A stretch of 64,000 nt of DNA from the human T2T-CHM13v2.0 reference genome, Homo sapiens. Below, piece by piece: positions 1-14,868 of this stretch. Each line of letters starts with the position of its first letter. Position 1 is the stretch's first letter. Under the pieces are notes generated by a model that made no database searches, was not told where the DNA came from, and was given only the letters and a program-made list of their open reading frames with translations. A program made the translations under genes and the position numbers. The stretch lies in assembly GCF_009914755.1 (NCBI RefSeq), contig NC_060925.1; one strand, given 5' to 3'.

Positions 1-366
1 AAGAACATCCATGTTGTCTTAAGTGTTTGGCTGGTATGAATAAAGTTGCCATGAACATTCATGTACAGGTCTTTGTGTGGACAGAATTCCACTTTTCTCT
101 GGAAAAAAAAAAAAAGCTCAGGAATGCAGTTTTTGGGTTGCGTAGTAAGTGTATGTTTAATTTTTTAAGAAACTGCCAAAGTGTTTTTCAAAGTGGTGGT
201 AGTATTTTACGTTCCAAATAGCAGTGTGTGAATGATCTCATTTCTCTGCATCCTTGACAGCGTTTGATGTCATTGCTATTGTTTATTTTAATGTTCTAGT
301 AGGTACGTAATAATATCTCACCATGTTTTTAATTTGCATTTTCCTAATAGCTAATGATGTTGAACG

Positions 367-660
367 TTTTTTTGTTGTTGTTGAGACAGAGTCTCCCTCT
401 GTCGCCCAGGCTGCAGTGCAGTGGTGCAACCTCACTGCAACCTCCACCTTCCAGGTTCAAGTGATTCTCGTGCCTCAGCTGCCTGAGTGGTTGGAACCAC
501 AGGCTTGTGCCACCACGCCCAACTAATTTTTTTAAATTTTTAGTAGAGATGGGGTTTTGCCATGTTGGCCAGGCTGGTCTCAAACTCCTGGCCTCAAGCA
601 ATCTGCCCGCCTCGGCCTTCCAAAGTCTTGGGATTACCGGCATGAGCCATGACGCCCAGC
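367..660 (-). mobile_element. Alu (AluJb/S-type)
   Basis: Reverse-complement dimeric Alu; TSD tgatgttgaac on both sides. Confidence 0.92.
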
Positions 661-794
661 TGTGATGTTGAACATACTTCTGTGTGCCCATTTGCCATTT
701 AAATACCCTCTTTGGTGAACTGTACTATCAGTCCACGTCTTTTGTCCATTTTTAAATTGATTTTTAGATTTTTTTAACTGTTCAGTTTGAGAGG

Positions 795-1081
<287 letters not shown>

Positions 1082-1139
1082 GAGAGTTCTTTATATATTT
1101 TAGATATGATTCTTTTGTCAGATACCCACATCTTTTTTT

Positions 1140-1490
1140 TGTTTGTTTGTTTACTGACTATATGCAAGGCACCGACACAGCACCTGAGGATTTGGCAATG
1201 AACAAACATCATTGTCCCTGCCTACACAAAGTTTATTCTCTGATCGGGAGGGAGACGTTAACAACTACCCTGTTAGAAATTTTTAGCTGTGGTCATAAAG
1301 GATTCTGAGGGAGAACTGTGGGTGCTATGAGAACAGATGATGGCAAGAGGGACCTTGCCTAACCAGGGGAGTTGGGAACCCTGGAGCTGAACCAAGATCT
1401 GAAAGAGCAGGATATGACCAGGAGCAGGCGCGTGCCAGGTGTGTGCCAGGGGCAGGTAGGAGCGCAGTTCCTGTAGCTCTCCACGTGGCT
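1140..1490 (-). mobile_element. L2 fragment
   Basis: Diverged antisense L2 3' motif (tttactga...atgaacaaacatcattgtccctgcc). Confidence 0.55.
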
Positions 1491-2714
1491 GCACGTCATC
1501 CCCCTGCTCTTACTAGAAGCTCATTTTTCATCCCTGATAAGAAAGTGCACCAAAAACAATAAAGAAACCACAGAACTTTGTATTCATCTTTGAGATCAAG
1601 TCCTCCCCCTGCCGCCCTCCCTCTCTATCTCTCAACAATCAGAAAATACATTTCAAATTTTTTGCCATCATGAAACTTGTTACATTAAGATTAATAAAAA
1701 ATTAATTAAGCCAAAAGAAGGACTATTTGTTTCCTTTATTACACAATCCTTCATCGAGCTCGGGAACAAGTACCTTATTATAGGAGGAAGGTGGTAACTT
1801 CATTTACAACAGAATTGGATTCATAAATAATATCCTCCCTACAAATTTAATTTTGAAAAATTGAGTAATTTCATAAAACATCTACAATCGATTTCTATTT
1901 GTGCAGTACCCCCACAGAAGCATAGCAAAAGGCAAGAGTATAAAACGTGAAAAATATCTTTGATGATTTCTGTTTAACTTTTATCCTACCTTTTACAGAT
2001 AGAATTACTCCAAGTGTTTCCTCTATTGTCAGTTTCTTAATTTGCATGCGAAGTTTAAGGTTGCAGATTTCCTTCTTCCCTTGCTAGCCATCATTACCAG
2101 CTAGCTCCTTTGGAAACCACTTCATCAACAGAATTTAAGATGATCAGTGTCCAATATACATAACTTCAAATTAAAGTGAAATCTCCCACTGGTGTTCTCA
2201 CTGTAAAAGCAATAAATAGGGACCATTTCTCTCAGTCAAAATTTTAGAAGCAAATAAAAGAGCCCCATGAGGCGGCATATCTGAGCATTTGTGAGTTTCC
2301 TTTGGATTTGGAATCAGTGCTTCCTGAACTGAACTAAGACCACATGGTATGACACCAAGATACAACGTTCTAATCAAGACTATGCCGGAAAGCTCAGGAA
2401 CTAGGATTATCATACCCAACGCATTTGATTTGCTAGTCACTGTTGCCCCAACCACATCCTGCGTTTTCCCTCCTCTCTGGCCTTGTTCAGGATATGTTTC
2501 TCCTCTATGCTTTCATCAGGAGAAATTAGATCAAGATGAAGCGCATAGGTGCTTGGTCCCAGGAAGGTATTTTCTTCCCTAATGTTGGGATTCAAAAAGC
2601 TACTCGGCTCTTCTCTTTTGTTCACCTAAGCTCACCACAATATGAATATTCCTGCACTGCTGCCTCTGTAAGATTTGGGCTAAAACCCAAGAAAAGCAAC
2701 AAGTATTTTGAAAG

Positions 2715-3490
2715 TGTTATAGAACTGAACTGGGGTCCACTACTCCACGGAGTAGGACCAGATATGCACACCGAGGTTTGCAGCAGTAGAAAGGAAGGTG
2801 TTTCTTTGCAAAGCACCAAGCAAGGAGGACCAGGCAGCTGATGCTCAATCCTGACCTCCCTGATGGCTTGCAAGTAAGAGTTTTTAACGGGATGGGTAAG
2901 TTTTAGGAAAGCAGAAGCCACGGGCAAAATTGCAAATCAATACGTGGAGGTTACACGTTGGCTCTGGCCTGAAAGAGCGGAATGACTTGAAGTGAGGGCT
3001 TACAGGTCAGAGGTAGACTCAAAGATTTTCTGATTTGCAATCACTTAAGGAAGAGAAGCTTTGTTTACAAATTTGGGGTCAGTAGAAAAGAATGTTGTCT
3101 CTGGCTCGTGAGTGTGACTCCCTCCAGGGCCCTCAGGAAGAAATTTAGAACAAAGAATGGCAGTCAGAGTTGCGTCCTCAGTTTCCCCTTAGCTGAGGTC
3201 TACAGGCCAGTGGATGTCTTTGGTGGGGGTCTAGGATTCTGAAGAGCAACCCAGGGACATATGTTAAGATGTTATCTTTAATTTCTATAAGAAAACCAAA
3301 CATCCCATGATTCTAGCTTCCTTGGTTATTGTTTTAAGCTGCTATCATCTTCTTGTTCATCAAGTTGCTTATTTATTTCTCAGGACTAGCTAGGTGCCTG
3401 GAATTTCCTGTAAAGGAAATCAAGATTTTCCTTTATTTTCATGCAGGGGTTGGAGGGGGTGCCCCTAAGAGGGGTCCCTGCTCCATCTCC
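2715..3490 (-). mobile_element. Solo LTR, ERV1 class (family not resolved)
   Basis: Begins tgttatagaactgaactggggtccact; contains caccgaggtttgcagc and caccaagcaaggag motifs recalled from MER4-group LTRs; ends ggggtccctgctccatctc. Confidence 0.6.
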
Positions 3491-4359
3491 AAGGTGTAAA
3501 ATGTCATATAAAAGGCTGGTAATGATGCTGATGTTCTGGTGGTGAGGTCTGCTCAACGGCCCTTAAAGGACAGAAAGAATTCACTGTGAATTCATCAAAG
3601 TTTCTTTCCTAGAAAATCAGTGAGACCCCTCAGTGGCATATGTCGTCATATCTTCTGATTCCAGATGAGATTCTCCCTTCTGAAATAATAGCGTTTACCA
3701 AACAGTACACAGTAGAGTTTAAAGAGAAAAATTGAACAGAGCAAAACTTGTCATGTAGCTTCTGTTTGTGCTCCATGCAGAGTCTTTTTGTAGGATGGAT
3801 TAAATATTGCATAAATTGTGCAGTCATTTCTGCTTTTATCTGATCTTATTTTTATTGAATCTATAGCTGAAGAATCTATCAACTGTTTCCAAATTTAGAG
3901 ATATGGAAGACTGATTTAAATCTTTAATTTCTTAACATGTCATGTAAGTGTGCAGTAGTCTTGTGACCATTAAGAAAAAAATTCCACTTTGATTCTTGGA
4001 GCCGCTTGAGACCCACACAGTTCTTTCTCCATCTAATTCTAATTACAATCATTGGTACGTGATGTAAGTTAGTGAGAGTACATTTTCAGCACAGCCTTTC
4101 AGCAATCTGCCTTTCTTTAGACATTCTGGGGGTGCTTTATTGGAACGTTTTAAATGACCATGTTGGATAATTCTCTAAGCTAAAATCATCCACAAAAGTA
4201 TAAGACAGAGAATACTGGAACCATAGCTGTCCACCAGTCTTTATGTGGGTGCAGACTTTGGGAAAGTTCCTGGTCCTGCCTGGAGAAACTTCCTGCAGAG
4301 GTTGATGAACTTTTAATCAAACAAACGTTCTTGTTGTAGCTTTTAAGTGTCTTCCTTTG

Positions 4360-4610
4360 TAGTATAACAGAGAGTTGAAGATTGAAGGCTCTGGGCCCAG
4401 GCTGTGTGGGTTAAAATTCTGCTTTTACTGCTTCCTAGCTGTGCACCCTTGAGCAACTTACTTAAGGTCTTTGGACCTTAGTACCCTGATCTTAAAAATG
4501 TGTATTATAACAATAGCACTTAGCTCATACAATTGCTGGGAAGAGAAAATGAGTTAAATCATGTAGAGTGCTTCAAACACAATATATATGCAGTAATGTT
4601 AGCTATTACT
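4360..4610 (+). mobile_element. MIR
   Basis: MIR core (ggctctgg...cctagctgtgcacccttgagcaacttacttaa...aatgagttaaatcatgtagagtgctt). Confidence 0.75.
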
Positions 4611-4999
4611 CTTACATTCTGCCCTTATTAGTCTGTTTTTGCATTTCTTTTAATTTTTATTTTTATAAAATAATACATGTATCTTTCTTTTAAAATTTTC
4701 AAATAATTCTTTGAGGATTTTAGGTTTTACCCAACTTCTCTCCACCCCAAGTTCCCACTTATGTGAGGCTGCCACATTCAACTCTCTTCTTCTTTTTTCT
4801 GCTTTCATAAATGTTCGTTCTGAATATTCTTCCAATTTTTAACATGGTGGTTTAGCTTCCAAATGTAGAAAATAAAGATTTATCTCTCATGATTTGTGCA
4901 TCAACATCTAGACAGTTTATGAGCTTGGCTATAGCATATATGTATATGTATGTATTATATGTTGTTATATATTATATACTATTATAGCCAAGCTAATAA

Positions 5000-6900
5000 A
5001 ATATACATATGTTTATGTGTATCTGTTTGAGACATTTTGTATACTGTGAGTATATTTCTTCTCTTTAACTTTTTCCCTTGCAGTTCTTAATTGAATGATT
5101 TTAACATTTGCTTATTTTTGTATTTGTATCTTCCTAACTTAGCCCATACCCTTCAACAGATGAAAATCTCCCCTTGATGGGTTCAACCATCTAGATCATC
5201 TATTTCTTTCACTTTTTTATTTCTTTGCAGACATTCCTTTTGGAGTCTTCTGTTCTGCTGCAACATGGATTGATTACGTCCCAGGCTTTCTGGGATCTTC
5301 CTTCATCATCCTCCTGGAAATTTCCTTCAGTTCTTTTCTGTATTGGATCCTCTGTTTCCTCACCTCATTTTTTCTTTTTGTATGTGTGTTCTTTCTGATT
5401 TTATTGAGCCAAAACCTTCATTAGCAGCTTCAGAAATGATGCAAGAGGCTGGGAGCACTCATGCTTTTAATCCCAGCACTTTGAGAGGCTGAGGCAGGCG
5501 GATCACCTGAGGTCAGGAGTTTGAGACCAGCCTGGCCAACATGATAAAACCCCATCTCTACCAAAAATACAAAAAAAATTAGCCAGGCGTGGTGGCACAT
5601 GCCTGTAATCTCAGCTACTCCAGAGGCTGAGGCAAAAGAATCACTTGAGCTGGGAGACAGAGGTTGCAATGAGCCAAGATCGCACCACTGCACTCCAGCC
5701 TGGGAGACAGAGTGAGACTCCATCTCAAAAAGAAAGAAAAAGAAATGATGCAAGATTGGCACAAATTTGTGACCTTGTATGTTTGAAAATGCCTGTCTAC
5801 TGCCCTTTTCTTGATTGAGATTTACTGAGTATGGAATTCTAAGTATCAATTTATTTCCTTTCTGGACTTTGAATGTACTTCTCCATTCTATTCTAGGTAT
5901 ATTGCAGTGTTGCTAAGGAGAAGTCTGAAGCTTTTTTGATTCCCCATCTTTTTATTTTGATCTATCTTTTCTCTTTGGAAGCTTTTAGTATATTGATTTT
6001 GCATCTGGTATTTTGACGTCTTACAATAATATGACTTGACCTTGTGACTTTTAAAATGATTTTTGCTGGCTATCTGGTGGAATCTCTCAGTCCAAAAGTT
6101 CACGTTTTCTCAGATTTGGGAATAATATTTATTTGCTCATTCATTCCCTCCCATTTTCCCTCTTCTCTCTCTCTGGACCACCTGTTACTCAGATGTTGGA
6201 CTTCCTAGACTAATCTTTTAATCTTCTTATATTTGATCTCATATTTTCCAAATGTCTACCTTTTACAGAGATTTCTCCAAATTTATGTTTCAACCCTTCT
6301 ATTTATTTCTTCCCTCCTGATACCATATTTTAATTTTAATGAGTTCTTTTATATTGTTATTTCAGTTTCTTCTCACTCCTCAAAGTCTTGAAGGTTAATA
6401 ATTATAGCAATAGATTTTAAGTGGTCTTCTGCCTTCTTCATTGATTTTGTTTCTGTTTGCTTTTGTCTCAGTTTTATATGCTAGAATATTTCCTCTCATG
6501 TCTGTGATTTTTACTGTTCATTCATTTTTAAGCCAGAAATACACAAGGTCTATGTGGGAGCTCTGAGAACACGAGTGGTATTTATCAAGCAGTGAGCTTC
6601 ATTTCAGGGTCACGGTCTAGGGATCAGATGGTTTCATTAAAAGACTCCAAAATATTAGTAACTGGAAATCTTTTCTCTTGTGTTTCTCCAGAAAGCAATC
6701 ATCCAGGCTCTTGCTTAAAAGGTATGAAGCTGGTTGCTACTTTTTAGGGAAATGAATGGGGACAGAGGCTCACCACTGGATATGTAAACTTGAACTTAAT
6801 TCCCTACTTTCAGTTGAGCCAATTGTATGTGGATATCCCAGAGCTCTTGCTTGTCTACACATATTCAGAATCTAACTGCTTCTGATACAGACTTGCTATC
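5000..6900 (-). mobile_element. Ancient L1M/L1ME fragments including ORF1-like region
   Basis: T-rich antisense L1-like sequence; ORF 5888-6103(-) resembles degenerate L1 ORF1; boundaries approximate. Confidence 0.5.
5447..5740 (+). mobile_element. Alu (AluSx/Sz-like)
   Basis: Dimeric Alu with A-tail; perfect 15-bp TSD agaaatgatgcaaga at 5432-5446 and 5741-5755. Confidence 0.95.
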
Positions 6901-8894
6901 AGTTCCCCTATTGTCAACCCCACCTGTGCCTTTGCCTTCAGAAGTGCCTGGTGCTATTCGTGTCTGAGCTCTTTGAGGGTCCTGTGGCTCAAACATGCTT
7001 GCTTTCTGTCTTAATTCCCACCCTCCACATGCTCTTTCCATCCTCCACACAGGCACGCTTTCAGCTTCCTTTGGGTGTCCTAAGTAAGCTGCCATTTGTC
7101 CATCTGTTGCTTACTTCTAAAATTATATGGACTTCTCTGTCTCTTATAACTTTTTCTCCCATTTTCTCTGTTCTTGTGCAGTTTTGTCCTCGTTATCCTT
7201 TACTATCATTTAAGTGAGATTTCCAGAGAATTGTAAAACTTCTGCCAAGCCTTACCAGATGTTTCTCCTTAAGTTTCAAAAGAAGATTCCAACCCTACTC
7301 CTGCCCATTTGATTGTCAAAGCAGTGCAATAGAGTTGATTGAGAGGCAGCAGATCATGGTGGTGGAAAGCAAAGTTCTCCAAGAATGGACAGATGATCCA
7401 CTGACATTAGAAAACTATTAAATTTCCATGTATATTTTAATCCAAAAATATAAAGAATTTAGATTCACACTGTTAATATTCTAAATTTTCATGTTTGATG
7501 CTGGATTGATCCATTTGTCAAGATGGTCACAGATTACACATAGTGCCCAGGACTTCCTGGTACCAGAGGAGTATAGGGAACTCCCTGACATAGCAAGCTG
7601 GACAGTGGGGCTGCACGCATTCTCTTTCAGAATGTTTAAATACATCACCCTTTGATAGTGCTCCAAGTTAGCTTGATCTGGCTAGTTTCATTAAAACAAT
7701 ACTAAAATAATGCAATATTTACTAAGCTTTATAATGACAGAGAATTTCTATGAAAACTTTTTTGTTTCATAATGAAATTTTCTGTTTGTATTATAGCAAA
7801 ATCCTCAGAAATGTTGACCTTAAGGATGTTATACATTTATGTTTTTCTTTTGCAAAAAGTCAAGCAATATAAGCTGTGGTCTTCTCTGTTACAACAGAGG
7901 CTGTCAGAATGTGGTACTAAGCAAATATTACACACAAAGAAACAAACAGATTCTATCCAATAAAGGGAAAGGTGATGTTTTCATGAGTGAGAAAATAACG
8001 TATTTTTAAAAGGAACTGGTGATTCATAGAGAACATTTTGAAACTACATGTTTTAAAATATTTCTAGTATTATATGAATATTTTCACTGAAAAAAATGCT
8101 ACATGTTAAAACTCATACCTAAACTCTTTTTCAGAAATTAGAAACAAATTTTGTAACCAGTTTAAAGATATTCCTGAAATGAAGAGCTTTAGTAGGTTTT
8201 GAATCCATTCATGAAACATATATAAATATCTGACCTTCTGATTAGTTTGCACCTGAGTTCAAGAAAATTTGAAATTTACTAGCTGGGCTATCACAAAAAT
8301 CTTTGACTAATTGGTGGATGAGATTGAAAAAAATGATTATCATTATTTAATAAGAAACTCAGATATACATATTGCATTTTGATCCCCATGTCTTTGTATA
8401 GAATATTTTTTAGTCGTGAGTATCTGTGTCAAAGGAAACTTAAGTTACATTCAGATCTTTGGATCACTGTATCATAAACTAGCAAACCAAGGTTTTAAAA
8501 AATAATGATGTGTTATTCATAATATTAGTGATAGCAGAAGATTGTACTAGTAATAAAGAAAAAATTTAAATATTATTTTATTTCCTCTTTAGGTTTTTCA
8601 TCCTTTAAAATATATGTTTTAGCGGTTTCACAATGGACATAATAGTATTTATTCATTAATACATAATTTACGTAAAAGTGACTCACATATACTAGAAGTG
8701 CATGCTCAAGTTTTATTTTAGTGTTTGGAGTGTATGAATTTAATAAAACACAAAGACTGAGTTTACAGCCAAGGATTTAGAGTAGACTGACCTTGATTCT
8801 AAGCTCAGCTTTGTTACTTATTAGCAATGTGAACATGGGAAAATTCACATACAATTTTCTATTTTTTCCATTGTTTCTTTACTTAAATAATATT

Positions 8895-9221
8895 CAGGGG
8901 GTGGAAAAAATGGGACGAAGTTAGTCAAAGGGTACTCACTTTGAGTTGTAAAATCAGTAACTTCTAGAGACCTAATGTACAGCATGGTGACTGTACTTAA
9001 TAGCAATGTATTGCATTCTTGGATTTTGCTAAGGGAGTAGATCTTAGGTATTCTCGCCATACACACACACACAAAGGTAACTCTGTGAGGTGATGGATAT
9101 GTTAATTGACTTGATTGCAGTAATCATTTTACAATGTGTGCACATATCAAAACATTACATTGCATACCTTGAATACTCACATTTTAAAATGTGTCAATTA
9201 CACATCCATAAAGCTGAAAAA
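8895..9221 (+). mobile_element. L1MA-type 3' end
   Basis: ttctagagacctaatgtacagcatggtgact...gtgaggtgatggatatgttaatt...cataaagctgaaaaaa, typical of older L1MA 3' UTRs. Confidence 0.8.
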
Positions 9222-9651
9222 ATACTCAAGCATCAAAAAATATATACAATATGTGTAAACTGTTTAATTAAATGCCTAGAAAATAGTAACTGCAAAATAA
9301 TTGGCATCTGTTGTAAAGGTATGTATGAAATGATAATGAAGATTCTGTTGACAGTGATGATGGTGATACAGCCTGCAAATCTGCCCTTATGTAATAGAAG
9401 GGAACATCTGTATTCCACATCCTTTCAAAAGTGAGCATTGTGAACTCTCCAAGGCCCCTCTTTTATTAAAATGATGTTCCTGGTAAATCTTCTAAAGAGA
9501 GACTGCAAATATGTGCAGTGAGTCCTGCTTTCCATCGCTGCAGTGGTGTCAGTAACTGTGCCCTTCTTCCTAAGGCTGGACCTCTGGCACAGCCCCAGCA
9601 TCTTGCAGGTGGTACTCCAGAAAGCCACAGCTGTAGTGAGCAGAAGGGAGT

Positions 9652-9940
9652 GAAGACAGAAAGGGAAAGTGGGAGGGCAGCCTGTCTGGGCCCCTGTGGC
9701 AGCTTCCAAAAATCATCTCCCACAAATGCTTACCCTCTGTGCTGTAGATGCTTCCCAAATACACTTTGTGATTTGAATGTTCTTGAAACGCCCGTGCCTT
9801 GCCTAATGCTCCCTTTGCTCTTCATGTTGGGAATACTTAGCTCATCAAATCCTGCAAACTAACTTCCATGGAAGAAAAAAAAAGAAAAAGAAAAGAAAAA
9901 TAAAGAAAAAAGAAAAAAAACCAGAGGGTACAATTACCTG
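9652..9940. repeat. Copy A of local direct duplication (copy B 11293-11554)
   Basis: Core 9661-9829 matches 11331-11499 with 6 mismatches in 169 bp. Confidence 0.95.
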
Positions 9941-10710
9941 GCTGCTGATTCAGACTTAGAGAGTGTTCAATTCCTCCTTTGTTCTTGGATTACTCTCTCC
10001 TGTCCAAAAGCGATGAACTTTGCCAGCTCATTGGGCCCCTTGTGCTATAGTGTTAAGGAAAACTTACCCTAATTTGTTTTTTACTTATGACCGCTACAAG
10101 TATTTTAGCTAATTAGTATCTCTTTTTTGTTCTGGCTACCAGGAAGCTCAACAACTAACATAGTCTGTATTTTGCAACTTCAAAGGTACCTTTCATGCAT
10201 TTAGAGGACTAAGTTTTGCCTCCAGCTACTTTTCATCATCATCATCAGCATCATCATTATTTTGCCTGTTTATTTAATTTTATATTATTACCTGCATATT
10301 ACATATTTTTATGAAATACCCCAAAATCAAGTTGAATAAAACAAAATGAAAACATAAGCCTGTGAATTTTCCTAACACAAAGAAAAAGAACTTCTCTTGA
10401 AATATTTAATGGATAATTGCTCAAGCCTCCATTGCATTGATAAGAAATGGGAACATTGTGGCGAGTAAATGCAGGAATTTGTAAGGTCAGTTGGAGAATA
10501 GAAGCAGACACCCAACCCACACGATGGTGAGCAACCTTCCAATCCCAGACGGCCGTGGTGCTCTCTGGACAAGAATGTGAGAGGGCGGGATTGGTGGGCA
10601 AAGGGCAGGAGGGACACCCCCTCTGTTCATTTATTTTGAGATCTGTTTGCCCCATCACACTAAATAAATACAATAAGTGAATGCTATTTTATCTGGTAAA
10701 GGAACCCATC

Positions 10711-11156
10711 TGTCTTAGTCCATTTCTGTGTTGGTATTAAGAACACCTCAAGCTGGGTAACTTATAAAGAGGTTTATGTAGCTCATAATCTTGCAGGCAG
10801 GGAAGTTCAAGAGCGTGGCCCTGACTTTTGGCAAGGCCTTTCTTGCTGCATCACATCATCTCAGAGAAGGTCGACGGGGAAGTGGACACATGTCAAGGGT
10901 GGAAATATTGAGGGGTGTCCTGGCTCTGTAACAACCCACTCTCTTAGGAACTAATCTGTTCCAATGAGAACTAATGCAGTCTTGCAAAAGAGAGAACTCA
11001 CTCACTACCTCGAGAATAGCACCAAACCATTCATGAGGGGTCTGTCCTATGACCCAAACACTTTTCACTAAGCCCAGTTCTCAATGCCATCACACTGGGG
11101 ATCAAATTTCAACATGAGTTTTGGTGGGACAATCACACTATATCCAAACCATAGCA
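10711..11156 (-). mobile_element. MaLR solo LTR (MST family)
   Basis: tgtcttagtccatt...tatccaaaccatagca termini; near-TSD ccatc/ccatt. Confidence 0.85.
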
Positions 11157-11292
11157 CCATTGTTAACAATCCAAATATACAATGATTCTTACAAGAGTTC
11201 ATCTCGATGGGGAATGTAGCAGGGACAGGGATTATTACAAGAGCATCTTAGAAAAGAGAGGGCATCTGGAGTGAGATGTGAGGCAAAGGAGA

Positions 11293-11717
<425 letters not shown>

Positions 11718-11959
11718 TGAGCTCTCAGTGAGCATGAGATGGTCAGTTTTGCTGGGCTGGTGGTCCAGGGAAGTAGAACTCACCCTTGGAAGAGAAAGCG
11801 ATATGCTGAATGGGAAGATCTAACTTCCTTAACCTCGTGAGAAACTTGCTTGGAAGCCCCAGCTCACTAGCTAAAACTCACAGCTTTCTTTATGATAGAT
11901 TCATCAAAATTCTCTTTTAAATCTGAAGGGCATCATATAATAAATTTTTCTCATACAAC

Positions 11960-13590
11960 TAGCCTTTCTTAGGTAATCAAAGACCTTCAGTGCTAAGGGC
12001 CCATTGAGGGGCTCTCTGCTCTAATACCCTCATTTTACAGCTGAGGAAGCAGAGATCCAGGCCATTAAACGATGCATCTAAGATCACACGGATCTTAGGG
12101 GCAGAGTCGAGCCCAGAGCTGGCCTTTTGAAGTCTAGTTCAGTCACTATTCTCAACAACACCTGACCTCCTGAAATCTCGGATCCTGGACCTAAGTCAGC
12201 ATAGAGTTCATCTGCACTGGTGACTCTGTATCTGTTCTCAGCTCAGCTAATACCTGGGGAACGATTAATGGCTCTTCTCAAAACCATGGTCCCTAATTGT
12301 ACCTCTCAGGAAGTACAGATGACTCAGCTGCCCAACCTGCCGCATGCTCAAATGAATCAGAGTGAGGTGTTTTGAGCAGTTTCATTGTGTGAAAAGACTG
12401 TCAGTTGCCTGGTTACCAGAGTGAAAAATATAAAGTAATTGTGCTTCTCTATAGCCATGGGGGAAAGGTATTTAATTGTCACCATGCAATCTGAGAATTA
12501 GAGTCAAAGGCCAAGTTCCTGACAGATAGATTTGAAACATTTGTTACTTTCTGCAGCTTTGTCTTGCCGTGTTATTGGCATAGGTCATGCAGAGACAGGC
12601 CAGTGGAGAAGAGAGTAGCAATTATATTAATGATAGATAGATAAAATCGTATGAGCCCTTACTATGGACTAGGTAGGATCTGAGTACATGATCTTTGAAA
12701 CTTTATAAGAAGTTTTTGAGATAGGTGCTCTTATTATGCCCATTTTACAGATGAGGAAACTGAGGATGAGAAAGGTTATCCAAAATGGCAGACCTCATAA
12801 GAGTGCATAGGGTAGGAATTTATACTCAGGTTGCTACAACTCAAGAGTGCAGCTCCTAACTACAACCCTATTCAGCTTCTCTGTAAATGTCGAAGAGTGT
12901 GGTGTGTATCAGCCAATCCTCCTGTAGGAACACCGGCCTGTTTTCTAAATGCTGGATACTGGTTAAGTTGTGAATCAAAGCAGAGGCAGTCTGCCTTGTT
13001 CCTTCTTGACTTTCATTGGAAGAGCCTGCTCAGCCCAAGGGAGTTAATGAGGCTTCCCTACCCTTCTTTCTCCTTATTCCAGAATGCAGCCAAGGATTAC
13101 ATCTAGAGAGGTTTCCTGGTATAAAAGTATTTTATGGAAATTAAGTGATTGGGTTGTAGCCCAGGCTTAACCACTGGCTCTCACATGACTTTGGAAAAGG
13201 CAGTTCCCCAGCCCTCAATTTCCTCATCTCTAGAATGGATTGTTGAATAGGCAGTTTCTAAGTTTTTCGAGCTCTTAAACAAACAAGAAAAAAAAAAACC
13301 CAAACCAAAATACTCCAAAATTTGAAATTACATCATAACCTGATGGGAAGAACACAGATTCTGGAGATAGCTCACCTTGGTTTGAGCCCCAGCACCTTCA
13401 CATCTTGTGTGAATTTTATTAAGTTAATCTTCATAAACCTCAGATATTACATTTGTAAAAATAGAGTGATCTACCTCATAGAGTCATTAGGAGGATTAGA
13501 CATGCTACCATGTGTGCAATGCACAGCACAATGCCAGCTACAAGTACATAAATGTCCAATAAATGTTAACCGTCATCAACATCATCATCA
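11960..13590. mobile_element. Cluster of MIR/MIR3 fragments (~11960-12160, 12620-12870, 13140-13270, 13330-13590)
   Basis: Core motifs cccattttacagatgaggaaactgagg, cctcaatttcctcatct, catttgtaaaaatagag. Confidence 0.7.
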
Positions 13591-14526
13591 ATGGGAGATA
13601 TGGGATTAAAACTAGTCTAGAACTCAATACTAAGTATATGTGTAAAACATATCCTTGATCAAATACTGACATACACATTTTTCCAGAGGACAGAGGCAGA
13701 TATATAGGTCTGGAGGTTCATGGAGTGGGGATTTGCCATTAGTGCTTCTGAATGAGGGCAGAGAATGGTTTGTTGTGAAGGAGATGGCAGGAGAGTCAGG
13801 CATGATTGCAAGCTGTGGAGATAGAGGGTGGGAGCCCCCAGCCAGATGGATAAACCTGAGCCTGGCTGGCGTTTCTGCCTGTATATTCCCATATTCATGG
13901 GCGAGCATTTATTTTAAATGAAGTGTTAAGGATGCCTGATCCCTCCACTTGTGTTAAGACTGATTACTGATCTTTGATGGGAAAGCTGCTTTGATCTGTG
14001 ATAAAGTCAGCCAGGCAGTCAGCATCCCAAATTGCTTCTACATATTTTCTGATGACTTCACGCAGAGGCTTTTCTTGGACAAGTCTCAGTATAACAACAG
14101 CAGCAGAGGAGAGGAAGGCAAAGGTCCCTGCTTATCCCTGGTAAACAGCACGTGTCTCATGGCATGCATCTGGGCACCCCATTGTTACAAGTTCAGCAGC
14201 CTTCAAAAGTCGGTGAGCCTGTGGACTACATCCCTCCTGCAGCAAGGAGGCAGGACTGTAACGGGTGGGACCTGTGCCTACTGCTAAATCAAACATCTGC
14301 AGCCTCTTGGTTAACCCCCATTCTGGTATATTTTTCTAGCATTTCTTTCTGGCTCCTTTAGGATTAGCATAGCTTGAGAGAAGAGGAAAGCAAAGTTTTT
14401 CTTATCTTTATTCTGAGTGCCTGGCAGACTTATCAATTGAACTAAATTGAATTGTCCTCAACTGTGGGCATTTTATTGACATCTTTGAACAGTTGGAGCA
14501 TTTTATTAATATTTTATATATATACA

Positions 14527-14868
14527 CAGTTGGCACTCCATATTTCTGGGTTTCACATTCATAGATTCAACCAATGAAGAATTGAAAATATTCAGGAAAA
14601 AACGGTTCATTGTGTCTGTACTGAACATGTACAGACTTAAAAAATTATCGTTGTTCCCTAAACAATACAGTATAAGAGCTATTTACATAGCATTTACATT
14701 GTGTTAGAGATTATAAGTAATCTAGAGATAACAAAGTATATAGGAGGATGTGTGTAGGTTATATGCAAACACCATGCTACTTATCTATGGGAATGGAGCA
14801 TCCTCGGATTTTGGTATTTGAGGAGGATCTTGGAACCAATCCCTCGTGTATACTGAGGGGCAACTCCG
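14527..14868. mobile_element. MER2 (Tigger-family MITE)
   Basis: cagttggcactccatattt...gtactgaacatgtacagact...tactgaggggcaact; degenerate TIRs. Confidence 0.85.
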
